From a virus (Duplodnaviria > Caudoviricetes), in the IMG/VR virus record IMGVR_UViG_3300046012_000093, positions 1-62,871 of that record: 62,871 bases of DNA; one strand, written 5' to 3'. The notes under the pieces are model-generated. The model did no database searches, was not told the DNA's origin, and saw only the letters and a list, made by a program, of their open reading frames with translations. This document shows, one piece after another, positions 48,186-56,465 of the stretch. The position numbers were made by a program, and so were the translations under genes. Position 1 is the first letter of the stretch, and every line of letters begins with the position of its first letter.

Positions 48186-48862
48186 TGTTCGTCCTTCCGA
48201 TCAAAGAAACGGTCGAGTAGTTCGAAGAAGTACTTCGTACACTCAGGGTAACCGTCATATTCAGGATGTGGTTGGAAACACAGAGACCTGTTATTCGGAT
48301 ACCAGAGGACTTCGTCGTCGAAGAGGATTTCTTTCAGTCCGAACTTCGGGTCTGTTATGGCGTCCCAGCCACAATTCGATCCACGTTTGAACCGGGCTTG
48401 ATTCGTCGCCGCTACTCGGATGAGATCACCCTTCGAATTCGGCATCATCATCTGGTGGTGTGTGCTAGACACCGGAATGACCCGACCAGACTTGATGTCG
48501 ACGACAGGATGGTCGATAGTGTGTTGGCCGACGTGTTGCCACAGACGGCCGCCGTTCATGACGTTCAGAAACTGAGCGCCGCGACACACACCGACAAGAA
48601 ACTTATGACGGCGTGTCGAATTCTCGAATACAGAGACATCTTGTCGGTCCCTTTCTGGATCGAATCTCGTAGTGCCTAACGGCTTCTCACCGTACAATTC
48701 AGGGTTGATGTCGAGTCCGCCGGTGAAGAGGACGATGTCGGCTTCGGCGGCTGTTTTGACACCGTAGTATTCGTCTTTCTTCTGGGCGAACATCTGGACG
48801 AAGCCGAACTGTCCAGGCCCCTGGATGAAGACAGACAGTTTGTCGTTATTCTGGGTCGTCAT
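48182..48862 (-). CDS. class I glutamine amidotransferase / peptidase C26 (PuuD-like)
   Basis: FTGGLDINP.LYG, GVCRGAQ, STHHQ, QPHPE. Confidence 0.88.
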   Translation of the reverse strand: MTTQNNDKLSVFIQGPGQFGFVQMFAQKKDEYYGVKTAAEADIVLFTGGLDINPELYGEKPLGTTRFDPERDRQDVSVFENSTRRHKFLVGVCRGAQFLNVMNGGRLWQHVGQHTIDHPVVDIKSGRVIPVSSTHHQMMMPNSKGDLIRVAATNQARFKRGSNCGWDAITDPKFGLKEILFDDEVLWYPNNRSLCFQPHPEYDGYPECTKYFFELLDRFFDRKDEQ

Positions 48863-49208
48863 CGTTGAATGTGTTCTCCGAGGCTGGGTTGTTCTTCAGG
48901 AAGTATAGATAAATCCTGTGGTCGTGGTTCTTGTTGACAGAAGGCTTCGTACACTGGAAGCCTTGTTCTTTCAGAAGACGACCGAATCGTTGATGTTGGT
49001 ATCCGTTCAGGAAAGCCACCGAGAACGCCAGATGCTTTCCGGCTGCGACTTGGTCTTTCAGACCCTGGGCATACTTTTCCTTGACGTATTCAAACGCTTC
49101 TTCATTGAGTTCGTCGTCTTCACCTTCTGTATCGTCAGAATCACGAAAACCGAAACCATGGATGATTTGTGCGCCGCAACAATCGACGACACCAGACCGT
49201 TGAAACAT
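48846..49208 (-). CDS. divergent GNAT-like paralog
   Basis: DCCGAQIIHGF...Q..LLKEQGF..N.N..IYLY. Confidence 0.5.
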   Translation of the reverse strand: MFQRSGVVDCCGAQIIHGFGFRDSDDTEGEDDELNEEAFEYVKEKYAQGLKDQVAAGKHLAFSVAFLNGYQHQRFGRLLKEQGFQCTKPSVNKNHDHRIYLYFLKNNPASENTFNDDDPE

Positions 49209-49708
49209 CAGACTTCCTCTTCTTGGAACGCGGCTTTATATTGAGGTTGTTGGAGTTCTTTGAGACTACCCTTCTCACCTTTTTCCAGAGGTGGTAAATA
49301 AGGTGATCTAGGCATCTCTGAATTGACGGGGCATGGATATGGATTGATCCAGAGGTAATAGCCGAGATTTGATCCCGGAGGGTGTGCCGGATTAGGACGT
49401 TGTCCGACCTTGATGAATCCTACGTCTAGAAATAGGTCCTCGTACTTCAACATCTGGGAACCCATCAAGACGGCATAGACGAACGCCTTCTTGTACATCG
49501 GATAATGTGGAGGGGCTATTACACCCTTTTTTCCTTGTTCAGTATAGTGATCTTGATTCTCGGGTTCTCCTGGAAGTCCTGAGAATTGGAAGTCTTTACT
49601 CGCCAACCTCTTGAGTTCATTTCCGACTGCTTCTCTAGAGAGGCCGGCGATTTGAGAATAGACACCACAGTCCCCACAGCCGGTGCCACGGACATACGTA
49701 AACATCAC
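49208..49708 (-). CDS. divergent GNAT-like paralog
   Basis: DCG...YAVL..SQ...FLDVGF..NP.H...YLW. Confidence 0.5.
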   Translation of the reverse strand: MMFTYVRGTGCGDCGVYSQIAGLSREAVGNELKRLASKDFQFSGLPGEPENQDHYTEQGKKGVIAPPHYPMYKKAFVYAVLMGSQMLKYEDLFLDVGFIKVGQRPNPAHPPGSNLGYYLWINPYPCPVNSEMPRSPYLPPLEKGEKGSLKELQQPQYKAAFQEEEV

Positions 49709-50085
49709 TCAGTCCATTCGATCCTTTTTATGTCAAACGCATCAAGGGCAGCCATACAGCCCAGGCATGGTCTTGCGAGGGCAGGCTGTCCGTTTTTAAG
49801 AACACGGGCGATTGCGACACGATCTATCGTAATCCCTTTCTGGAATGCCCGCGCGAGCCCGTGAATCTCGGCGTGGAGATAGAGTCTGTCAGGGTGTGTG
49901 CAGAAACGAGCCTGAAGAGGATGGGTCTTGAATTGGTTCAGACCGACAGTGAAATCTCGGCCGTTACTGAAGACGGCCGCCATCCTAGGGAGTTTCTGTA
50001 TCGGGTTCCGTCTGGCGTGGAAGACGGCAGTATCAAGGAACGAGGACAAATTCTCTGTCGAAGTCCTTTCTCGGCCAAGAGACAT
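49705..50085 (-). CDS. cytidine/dCMP deaminase-fold protein
   Basis: HAE and PCLGC Zn motifs. Confidence 0.8.
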   Translation of the reverse strand: MSLGRERTSTENLSSFLDTAVFHARRNPIQKLPRMAAVFSNGRDFTVGLNQFKTHPLQARFCTHPDRLYLHAEIHGLARAFQKGITIDRVAIARVLKNGQPALARPCLGCMAALDAFDIKRIEWTE

Positions 50086-50398
50086 AGCCGGACAAATCAG
50101 ACTCAGACAAGTCTTTCCGTCTCGTCATGACGATGATGTCATTCATAAAGACGATGATTCGAATAGGGTCTGACGGTATATTCATATTACGGATGACAGT
50201 GTCACCGACCTTCAGGGGTCGTGGAAGGACCGTATGGACCTTGTCAGTGAAGAACAACATTCCGTTGGACGATACCATTGAGCCGTCTGGTTTACAGAGA
50301 TAAGCTTTGAAAGTGCTCCTCGATGCCTCAGAGGTGTTCTCCGCCACTTCAGAGACGAGCATCCGAACAAGGATATGGTCACCGATCTTGATTTTCAT
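50033..50398 (-). CDS. tandem SH3/KOW-like paralog
   Basis: MKIKIGDHILV...PRPLKVGDTV. Confidence 0.55.
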   Translation of the reverse strand: MKIKIGDHILVRMLVSEVAENTSEASRSTFKAYLCKPDGSMVSSNGMLFFTDKVHTVLPRPLKVGDTVIRNMNIPSDPIRIIVFMNDIIVMTRRKDLSESDLSGYVSWPRKDFDREFVLVP

Positions 50399-50730
50399 GT
50401 TTTCCTCTTATATGTATTCAGGAATGATCTTAATTGGGTCGCCTTCGCTGGCATCCAGTGATCACTCTTGTTTCGTAAACTATAGAAATAGAAGACATAG
50501 TCGTCTTGTACAGAGACGATCTTTGTCTCATAATCCCAACAGAACCAGATTTCCCCTGGATTCGGTGGTTCAGGAGGCTTGGGAATGACCTCCTTGATGT
50601 CGTCATTCATGACAGACAATTCATGAATCATCCCATGTATTCCCTTGAGATGGACTGTCGTCCATGTCTCAGGATTGTATCTATGGGTTGTCACATGGAG
50701 GACGACAGTGTCACCAGGATTAGATTTCAT
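50395..50730 (-). CDS. tandem SH3/KOW-like paralog
   Basis: PGDTVVL...DIKEVIPKPPEPPNPGEIW. Confidence 0.55.
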   Translation of the reverse strand: MKSNPGDTVVLHVTTHRYNPETWTTVHLKGIHGMIHELSVMNDDIKEVIPKPPEPPNPGEIWFCWDYETKIVSVQDDYVFYFYSLRNKSDHWMPAKATQLRSFLNTYKRKT

Positions 50731-51059
50731 TTTTCCACCAACATGAAAGAAGACAGAAAGAGTCTGCGATTCATAGATTGATAAGACTTGACATCACTAC
50801 CAACCCTAAAGACTACGTCGTCTTTGTCAATTCCAAAGACGCTGACGATTTCTCCGTCTCGGAGTCTTTGAAATTTGTCGTCGACTTTTATTACCCTCTC
50901 TAAGAGAGTCGTCTTGTCTGCCTCGACAAAGTAGTTCACCGTCTGTGAATATCTGTCATACCGACGATTGAGGGGGCTGATTATGAGTTCTTTCTCATCC
51001 TCGACTCTATCAACACGAGCTTCAATCAGGACGGTGTCTCCGACACGGAATTTCATCAT
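50727..51059 (-). CDS. tandem SH3/KOW-like paralog
   Basis: FRVGDTVLI...IKVDDKF. Confidence 0.55.
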   Translation of the reverse strand: MMKFRVGDTVLIEARVDRVEDEKELIISPLNRRYDRYSQTVNYFVEADKTTLLERVIKVDDKFQRLRDGEIVSVFGIDKDDVVFRVGSDVKSYQSMNRRLFLSSFMLVEK

Positions 51060-51409
51060 AACACCCTAGTCTTGAGTCCCATGAAATGAGCGACTGTACA
51101 AGGACACATACCAGGACGCCAGTCATCGGACGGATTATTTTTATAGAAAGAGAAGACGACACCGTCGACGATTGCAGCAATCTTCCATCGTCCGTCAGAC
51201 TCTTCTTTGTTCTTCCAGATTTCTCCGGGGACAGGAGGTTTCGGTGGACCCTTCTCATGATGACGGATGTCTGTCGAATCGAAATAGACGTGTTGAGTCG
51301 TCTTCTGCTCGTCTTTATTCAGAATTCGACCACAATGGAACTTATTGTTCTCACCCACATAGACAATCTCGATGCCCAGAGTGACGACATCACCCATTTC
51401 TAACTTCAT
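51056..51409 (-). CDS. tandem SH3/KOW-like paralog
   Basis: LEMGDVVTL...GPPKPPVPGEIW...WKIAAIVDGVVF. Confidence 0.55.
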   Translation of the reverse strand: MKLEMGDVVTLGIEIVYVGENNKFHCGRILNKDEQKTTQHVYFDSTDIRHHEKGPPKPPVPGEIWKNKEESDGRWKIAAIVDGVVFSFYKNNPSDDWRPGMCPCTVAHFMGLKTRVL

Positions 51410-51439
51410 GTCTTATCCCTCTCTAAACTCAATTCTGCC

Positions 51440-51823
51440 TCAGCGATTCTTCCAATCCCCAGAACGGATCGGCGACGCCGCGATGTCTCTGTTGAATTCG
51501 TAGACGTAGGCTGGAGTCCCGTGGACGTCGATGACCTTACGGAGATATAGACTTCCGGCGTGGTCATCTTCACGATAACCTTCGTATCCGTCAAGGGCTT
51601 GTAGGACATCTTCGTCTTTGATCTTGAAGAGATCACCACAAAAAGTAAAAACACCGGGACTATCAAGCCGTATGCCGGGAAAAGAACCAAGATTGAAAAT
51701 ACGACCAGGGACTCGATAGTTTCCCACATATTCCGTCCTATTTTCTAGTTTTTGGTACGCTCTCTCGCCGAGGCGGAGCGTACCATAGACGAATACGTGG
51801 TTGACTTCGGTCTTGGGGCTGAT
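51440..51823 (-). CDS. gamma-glutamylcyclotransferase (AIG2-like); start uncertain (ATC 51823 or ATG 51901)
   Basis: VFVYGTLR, FPG, LDGYEG...Y.R, AYVY, SGDW. Confidence 0.88.
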   Translation of the reverse strand: MSPKTEVNHVFVYGTLRLGERAYQKLENRTEYVGNYRVPGRIFNLGSFPGIRLDSPGVFTFCGDLFKIKDEDVLQALDGYEGYREDDHAGSLYLRKVIDVHGTPAYVYEFNRDIAASPIRSGDWKNR

Positions 51824-51824
51824 C

Positions 51825-52427
51825 TCAATCCTTAGGTCCCCAGTCTTGGCTTGATCTAAGTTCTTCGAGAGTTGAGAGTCGTTCGAAAGTCTGTCGTTCA
51901 TCTTCTGTCATCCATGTGTGTTTACACTTGTTGAAGACCCGACCGTAGAGTCGGACGTCGTTGGTTGAGTTTCCGTTCTTCGCCGTCATCAACGGGAAGA
52001 ATCCACAGTCCAGAAGTATCGGTTCTAGTGGGACGTATAGTGGAAGGCCCGGCGAACCGTATGCCTGTGTCTGAGTCAGAGACGCGAAGACCATACCAGC
52101 CTTCTCGACGTAACTACTCCCCATCAACGCCGGATTCCACATCAACGTCGGTTCGTTACAGAATGACAGGAGTTGTTCCGTCATTTCTTTCTTGTAGTTC
52201 TCTACGGCCCGGTCTTTTCGTTCTTGATCTTTCTTGTAATATTCCCAGACGTTCGTCAGAGGTGAGAAACCATGGATACATATGATTCCACAGTCAGACG
52301 GCATCTTAGCCGCCACGAAATAATTATCAGCATGACGGCTCTGACGTCCGTTAGCATCCACGGTCTGTCCCCGGAACGGATACGTCTTGAAAGACGAGTC
52401 GTCTAGATCAAGAATCTTAGTCGTCAT
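51825..52427 (-). CDS. divergent GNAT-like paralog
   Basis: DCGIICIHGF...FASL..TQ...LLDCGF..NGNS..VRLY. Confidence 0.5.
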   Translation of the reverse strand: MTTKILDLDDSSFKTYPFRGQTVDANGRQSRHADNYFVAAKMPSDCGIICIHGFSPLTNVWEYYKKDQERKDRAVENYKKEMTEQLLSFCNEPTLMWNPALMGSSYVEKAGMVFASLTQTQAYGSPGLPLYVPLEPILLDCGFFPLMTAKNGNSTNDVRLYGRVFNKCKHTWMTEDERQTFERLSTLEELRSSQDWGPKD

Positions 52428-52468
52428 AGGTGCCTCTATCTTTAGGTATATACCGAACCGGCTTAGAT

Positions 52469-52497
52469 ATTATATCACCGAATCCGAGAGTCGTCAA
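52469..52497 (-). promoter_or_regulatory. sigma70-type promoter driving the ligase module
   Basis: TTGACG-N17-TATAAT with TG extension; same TTGACGAC...TGATATAATA as 35004-35032. Confidence 0.85.
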
Positions 52498-52675
52498 GCG
52501 AAATCTTAGACTCTGGTATTGATGGTGAGCCTTTTACTGTCATGCTCAGGACGCACGTTTTAACGTCTTGCTCGTGACGGCACCGATCTCACGCCATCTG
52601 GTGCGACTGCCGGCTCGCTTGACCTACACGGCACAAGGCCGCCGGGATGTTGCCCGCTGCGAGCGGAGGTTCTTT

Positions 52676-53296
52676 CTAGTCTAATAGCGGAAGATACTTC
52701 ACCGCCGGGACTTTCATCTCGATGAGAATTCTCGCGACGTCTTCTGCGAAATCTGCCAGAACTTTGTCGTGAGCGAGACGGCCTGATTCGAGAGGCCACG
52801 TCACATCCTTTATAAACGCAGCGACGAATTTGGCAGAATACCTGACAGACCCGACGGCTTTCTTGATGGCGAGATCGAGTCGATAATCGTCAGTGGCATA
52901 CGCGGCAGACCTACCTGCTTCATAGACAGCCATGGAGTTGTCATCTGGGTTGATCTGTTTCGCATATTTCATCGAAAGTACGGACACCTTCTTAGCGAAG
53001 AGTTTACTGTCAAAGTCAGTAATTGTGCCGAGTTGGAGAACTGCAAGCTTCCGCAGACCTTTCGCCCGAGATGCATTCGAAGACCAGGTAGAGTCGTTCA
53101 AGGCAATCTTGAGCAACATGATTGTGTAGTCTACGCACTCTGGATCGTCTCCGTGTTCTAACCCGAGGGCGTAACAAACGGCGGCTTCGACACACATCCT
53201 TCCCGGAAAGGGTATTCCGAGTCCTCGGACGAGCCCGGCATCGACAGTCTCGATGATCTTCTTGACTTGCTTCCTCGACGGTAACATCGACATCAC
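52676..53296 (-). CDS. hypothetical protein
   Basis: 206 aa; MCVEAAVC...HGDDPECV. Confidence 0.65.
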   Translation of the reverse strand: MMSMLPSRKQVKKIIETVDAGLVRGLGIPFPGRMCVEAAVCYALGLEHGDDPECVDYTIMLLKIALNDSTWSSNASRAKGLRKLAVLQLGTITDFDSKLFAKKVSVLSMKYAKQINPDDNSMAVYEAGRSAAYATDDYRLDLAIKKAVGSVRYSAKFVAAFIKDVTWPLESGRLAHDKVLADFAEDVARILIEMKVPAVKYLPLLD

Positions 53297-53317
53297 GACC
53301 TCATGTCTTAAGTTGTT

Positions 53318-53527
53318 TCACGCCTGGAATGGTCTAGGACGTGTTCTAGGCGGACAGTCAAAGACTTCCTCGTCTCTTGGAAGGCTTGGTTGTACAGGGG
53401 GTTGTCTTGGGTAGTCTGACTGAGGGACCGTCGCCGGTGCTGGATTTGTGACAAGGTACCGATCAGCAGCATGTTCCCTCCACTTGATGAAACGCGGGCC
53501 GTCACAGAGGTTGGTTCGTCGAAGCAT
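53318..53527 (-). CDS. hypothetical Pro-rich protein
   Basis: SD AAGGTG; 69 aa. Confidence 0.45.
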   Translation of the reverse strand: MLRRTNLCDGPRFIKWREHAADRYLVTNPAPATVPQSDYPRQPPVQPSLPRDEEVFDCPPRTRPRPFQA

Positions 53528-53935
53528 GATAGATCACCTTGGATACGACATGTAGAGTCTATACCCGATGTAGAAGAGAATTCCGTAGGTCATCGCGAGG
53601 AGAACAATCGACAAGACGAGGACCTGGAGTCTAGACCTGACTCGATGGCGTGACTTCGCGCTCATATATAGTCGATCCTGTAACAGACTTGGGTGTTCTC
53701 GTCACCCCGATGGAACCACAGACAGGCCCAACGCTCGACGGCGTGTCCCTTACCGTCCCGGACCTTGAAGACTTCGCCCTTCTCGACGGGGAATGTCTTA
53801 CTAGCCTTGAATATCTTTCTCATTTCATCCCCGATGGTGGTTGTTACTTCGCTAGAATTCGTACCAGACCCGCCGCGAAATACATCACGACAGACGAGAC
53901 GAATATGATCTTCCAGAAGACTAATTTATTCGTAG

Positions 53936-54319
53936 TCATCTCGTCAGGTGATCCAGGACCTTCGCGGCGAGAGCCATTTTAGGCTCGTAGATCGCCATCC
54001 AAAGATCAGCATCACATAGACTGAGGGTGACCGGAATGAAGATGACGAGTCCGACGATGATACTGATTACCCCTAAGACCACCCAGCCCTCACAATCGTC
54101 GTTTTGCTTTGCTCGATACAAGCCACGACAAAACGAAAACACCCCGATCAAGACACAGGCAGAGGCGAGAGCGAAGAACGCGACGACTTCCATCAACGCC
54201 CAGACAGCCCTGTAGTGGACGATCCTCGCGGCTTCTTCGACAGCCGGTGGACCGTACTTCACGGCGTACTGTTCAATACTGTGCATGACAGTCGTGATTT
54301 GATCGGCGGCGTCAGACAT
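53936..54319 (-). CDS. two-TM membrane protein
   Basis: SD AGGGG; two hydrophobic helices. Confidence 0.65.
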   Translation of the reverse strand: MSDAADQITTVMHSIEQYAVKYGPPAVEEAARIVHYRAVWALMEVVAFFALASACVLIGVFSFCRGLYRAKQNDDCEGWVVLGVISIIVGLVIFIPVTLSLCDADLWMAIYEPKMALAAKVLDHLTR

Positions 54320-54361
54320 TTTGTTCCCCTTGAGTCCGTAAGAATCTGAATAGTTGGATCG

Positions 54362-54565
54362 TCATATGAATGACGTAGACGAGACCCAACATACAAGAAA
54401 TATCGGCCATATCAGACCCCCGAAGACGAACGGAAGTGCTGTCAGTTCGGCTGGTAACAGTCCATTTGAATCCTTAGGGTTTTCCTCAGATGCGATGTAA
54501 CACCCGAAGATACACACCAAGAACCAACCCGTCAGCCAAATCCAGAAGACGTCTAGGAGTGTCAT
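54362..54565 (-). CDS. two-TM membrane protein
   Basis: hydrophobic, 67 aa. Confidence 0.6.
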   Translation of the reverse strand: MTLLDVFWIWLTGWFLVCIFGCYIASEENPKDSNGLLPAELTALPFVFGGLIWPIFLVCWVSSTSFI

Positions 54566-54783
54566 GACTTCACCAGGGTTATCGTCGTCTTGATGTCGTC
54601 AGTTGGGACAGCCGTCCCTTTGTATTCGATGAAGCATCCAGCCCCTAGGACGTACTTCGATTCCATCCCGAGTGCCACTCCAGTCTGATGACACCTGTAA
54701 CGACTCCCGGCATAGAGAATACCGAAGCCAAGGCCGAGCGCGAAGGCATAGATGCCTAAGATGACTAGGACGGTCTTTCGCAT
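54562..54783 (-). CDS. membrane-anchored protein
   Basis: MRKTVLVILGIYAFALG; SD GGGG. Confidence 0.55.
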   Translation of the reverse strand: MRKTVLVILGIYAFALGLGFGILYAGSRYRCHQTGVALGMESKYVLGAGCFIEYKGTAVPTDDIKTTITLVKS

Positions 54784-54795
54784 GTCATTCCCCGA

Positions 54796-54887
54796 TCTGA
54801 AAGGACACACAGTCGCGCGTCTACTAGGATTCGAACCTACCGAGTACCGTGATTAACTCGGGGTCGTAGCCTGTGTGTCCATTTAGA
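54796..54887 (-). ncRNA. candidate tRNA-like (T-loop) ncRNA in a processing stem
   Basis: GGACACACAG/CTGTGTGTCC stem, CCGAGT/ACTCGG hairpin, TAGG-TTCGAAT-CCTA T-arm. Confidence 0.6.
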
Positions 54888-55041
54888 AAGTACCGGGTGA
54901 TTTCTACTGTTGGCTCACCCGGCGAAGCCTCACCACATCTGCCGATCTATGCCCGGCTTGCTTCCGACAAGTCGGAGGACTCCGCTGGCGTCTCGACAGG
55001 TATGGAATAAACCCCGCAAGGGGGTGTCTTAGGAGACCCTC

Positions 55042-55236
55042 TCAGGGCTTCCAATTCTTTCTCAGTAGGCCGTCAGACATCGGCTGGGACGGTGCTCTCA
55101 CCGTCAGTCGATTCAGTTCGTCCAGCATACCGCCGGATATCTTATAGAGTGTGCAGAGTGAGTCCATCGTCGGTCCCATCTCTTCAACTTCATCGGCGAG
55201 CAGCTTTAACGCGGAAACTATATCTGCCCGGTTCAT
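55042..55236 (-). CDS. hypothetical protein
   Basis: 64 aa; SD AGGTG. Confidence 0.55.
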   Translation of the reverse strand: MNRADIVSALKLLADEVEEMGPTMDSLCTLYKISGGMLDELNRLTVRAPSQPMSDGLLRKNWKP

Positions 55237-55239
55237 AAA

Positions 55240-55416
55240 TCACCTACGAAGAAAAAGGAGTACTTGAGTCACGGTATATGACGTCAGTCCGGCGAGCATC
55301 ATCAACCAGAATGAGCCCCCGGATACCGACGATATCACTAGGAGGATGACTGCCATGACAGCGACGCAAAACAAGTGAGAAACTACGAAGAATACCAAAA
55401 TGTCGATGATCCGCAT
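55240..55416 (-). CDS. 58-aa membrane protein
   Basis: MRIIDILVFFVVSHLF...LLFLRR; below ORF-track cutoff. Confidence 0.5.
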   Translation of the reverse strand: MRIIDILVFFVVSHLFCVAVMAVILLVISSVSGGSFWLMMLAGLTSYTVTQVLLFLRR

Positions 55417-55419
55417 CGT

Positions 55420-55584
55420 CTACCCGATCTGGAAATGAATATAGAACGCCGGTTGATAGTCGTCTAGGCAGTATCTCCCCCGCCCTATGACGAAAGCCCA
55501 CGGTCCCCATGAGACCTGGAAGTCCCACGAGTCCTCGCCGACTAGGTTCCGATACCGTCCGTGGCGGATTCTTGGGAGGCCCAT
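55420..55584 (-). CDS. 54-aa hypothetical protein
   Basis: SD AGGGA; MGLPRIRHG... Confidence 0.45.
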   Translation of the reverse strand: MGLPRIRHGRYRNLVGEDSWDFQVSWGPWAFVIGRGRYCLDDYQPAFYIHFQIG

Positions 55585-55718
55585 GTCTGTCCCTGTTCCC
55601 TATGACGATCTATCATGATTTCTTTTTGAGCGGGCTTCTCACCCGCACGGACAGACTGTCCGACCTGTCTGTCCCCTGACTAGTACTCAGGGACGCTCCT
55701 AGTTGCGTGGATTCTGAT

Positions 55719-55809
55719 TGAGTGTATCGAAAGGACGGACCAAGCCGGACATTCGTGGGGGGCGGGAAGTCTAGTTAAAGACAGCCGATCCGTCCATTTG
55801 ATACACTCA
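55719..55809 (-). ncRNA. candidate small RNA in 21-bp processing stem
   Basis: TGAGTGTATC-A-AA-T-GGACGGA / TCCGTCC-T-TT-C-GATACACTCA. Confidence 0.55.
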
Positions 55810-55813
55810 CTAC

Positions 55814-55923
55814 CTGTAAGAGAGAGCACAGAGGGTCTGCCTTATCCCCTGTCTAGACGAGGTCGGGCTGCGCTGGCAATGCGTTTAAGACGGGTTCTAG
55901 ACAGTCTGTGCTCACTGTTACAG
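55814..55923 (-). ncRNA. candidate small RNA directly 3' of tRNA-Tyr
   Basis: CTGTAA-C-AG-T-GAGCACAGA / TCTGTGCTC-T-CT-C-TTACAG plus CTGTCTAGA/TCTAGACAG. Confidence 0.55.
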
Positions 55924-55924
55924 A

Positions 55925-56010
55925 TGGTGGGAGGGTGTGGAGTTGAACCACTCCGAGAGACTCGGCGACAGATTTACAGTCTGTCTGCTAGACCGCCAGC
56001 TTTCCCCGCC
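55925..56010 (-). tRNA. tRNA-Tyr(GTA)
   Basis: ACAGA-CT-GTA-AA-TCTGT anticodon arm, long variable arm, GGTTCAACTCC T-arm, ACCA end. Confidence 0.88.
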
Positions 56011-56191
56011 CATAGTTAGTGAAAGGACAGTTTCACGCCATGTCCAGGGCGATGCGATGCACACTTGGGGCTCTGCCTTTCCCTAGTGAGTTGTCCTTTA
56101 AGCCGGACCGGCTATGATCCTAACGCATGACGACTCTCCCTCTTCAAGAGTATGCCTAGCCCCAACGCCAGACATACACTAGAAGAGGGAC

Positions 56192-56365
56192 CTAGTAGGG
56201 TTCGCTGATATAACAGCCCTGATTCAAAGGCTTTGCGGGGACATACCGGCTAAGCATAATGGTAGGAATCCAGCCACTCGCCCTAACGAGTGTATACCAT
56301 TGTCCCTTGTTCCTGTCAGTGACTCTGACAATAGGACAGATGTCGCCGTCAGACGCTCTGATCAT
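56192..56365 (-). CDS. 57-aa hypothetical protein
   Basis: perfect SD TAAGGAGG before ATG 56365. Confidence 0.6.
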   Translation of the reverse strand: MIRASDGDICPIVRVTDRNKGQWYTLVRASGWIPTIMLSRYVPAKPLNQGCYISEPY

Positions 56366-56465
56366 AGCCGCCTCCTTAGAAGAAAAGGTGGACAGTTTAC
56401 CGCCGTGTCCAGGGCTTCCACCGGGGCTAGTGGGCGAGCCCCGGCTTAAGGTCGGCCGTGATAGA

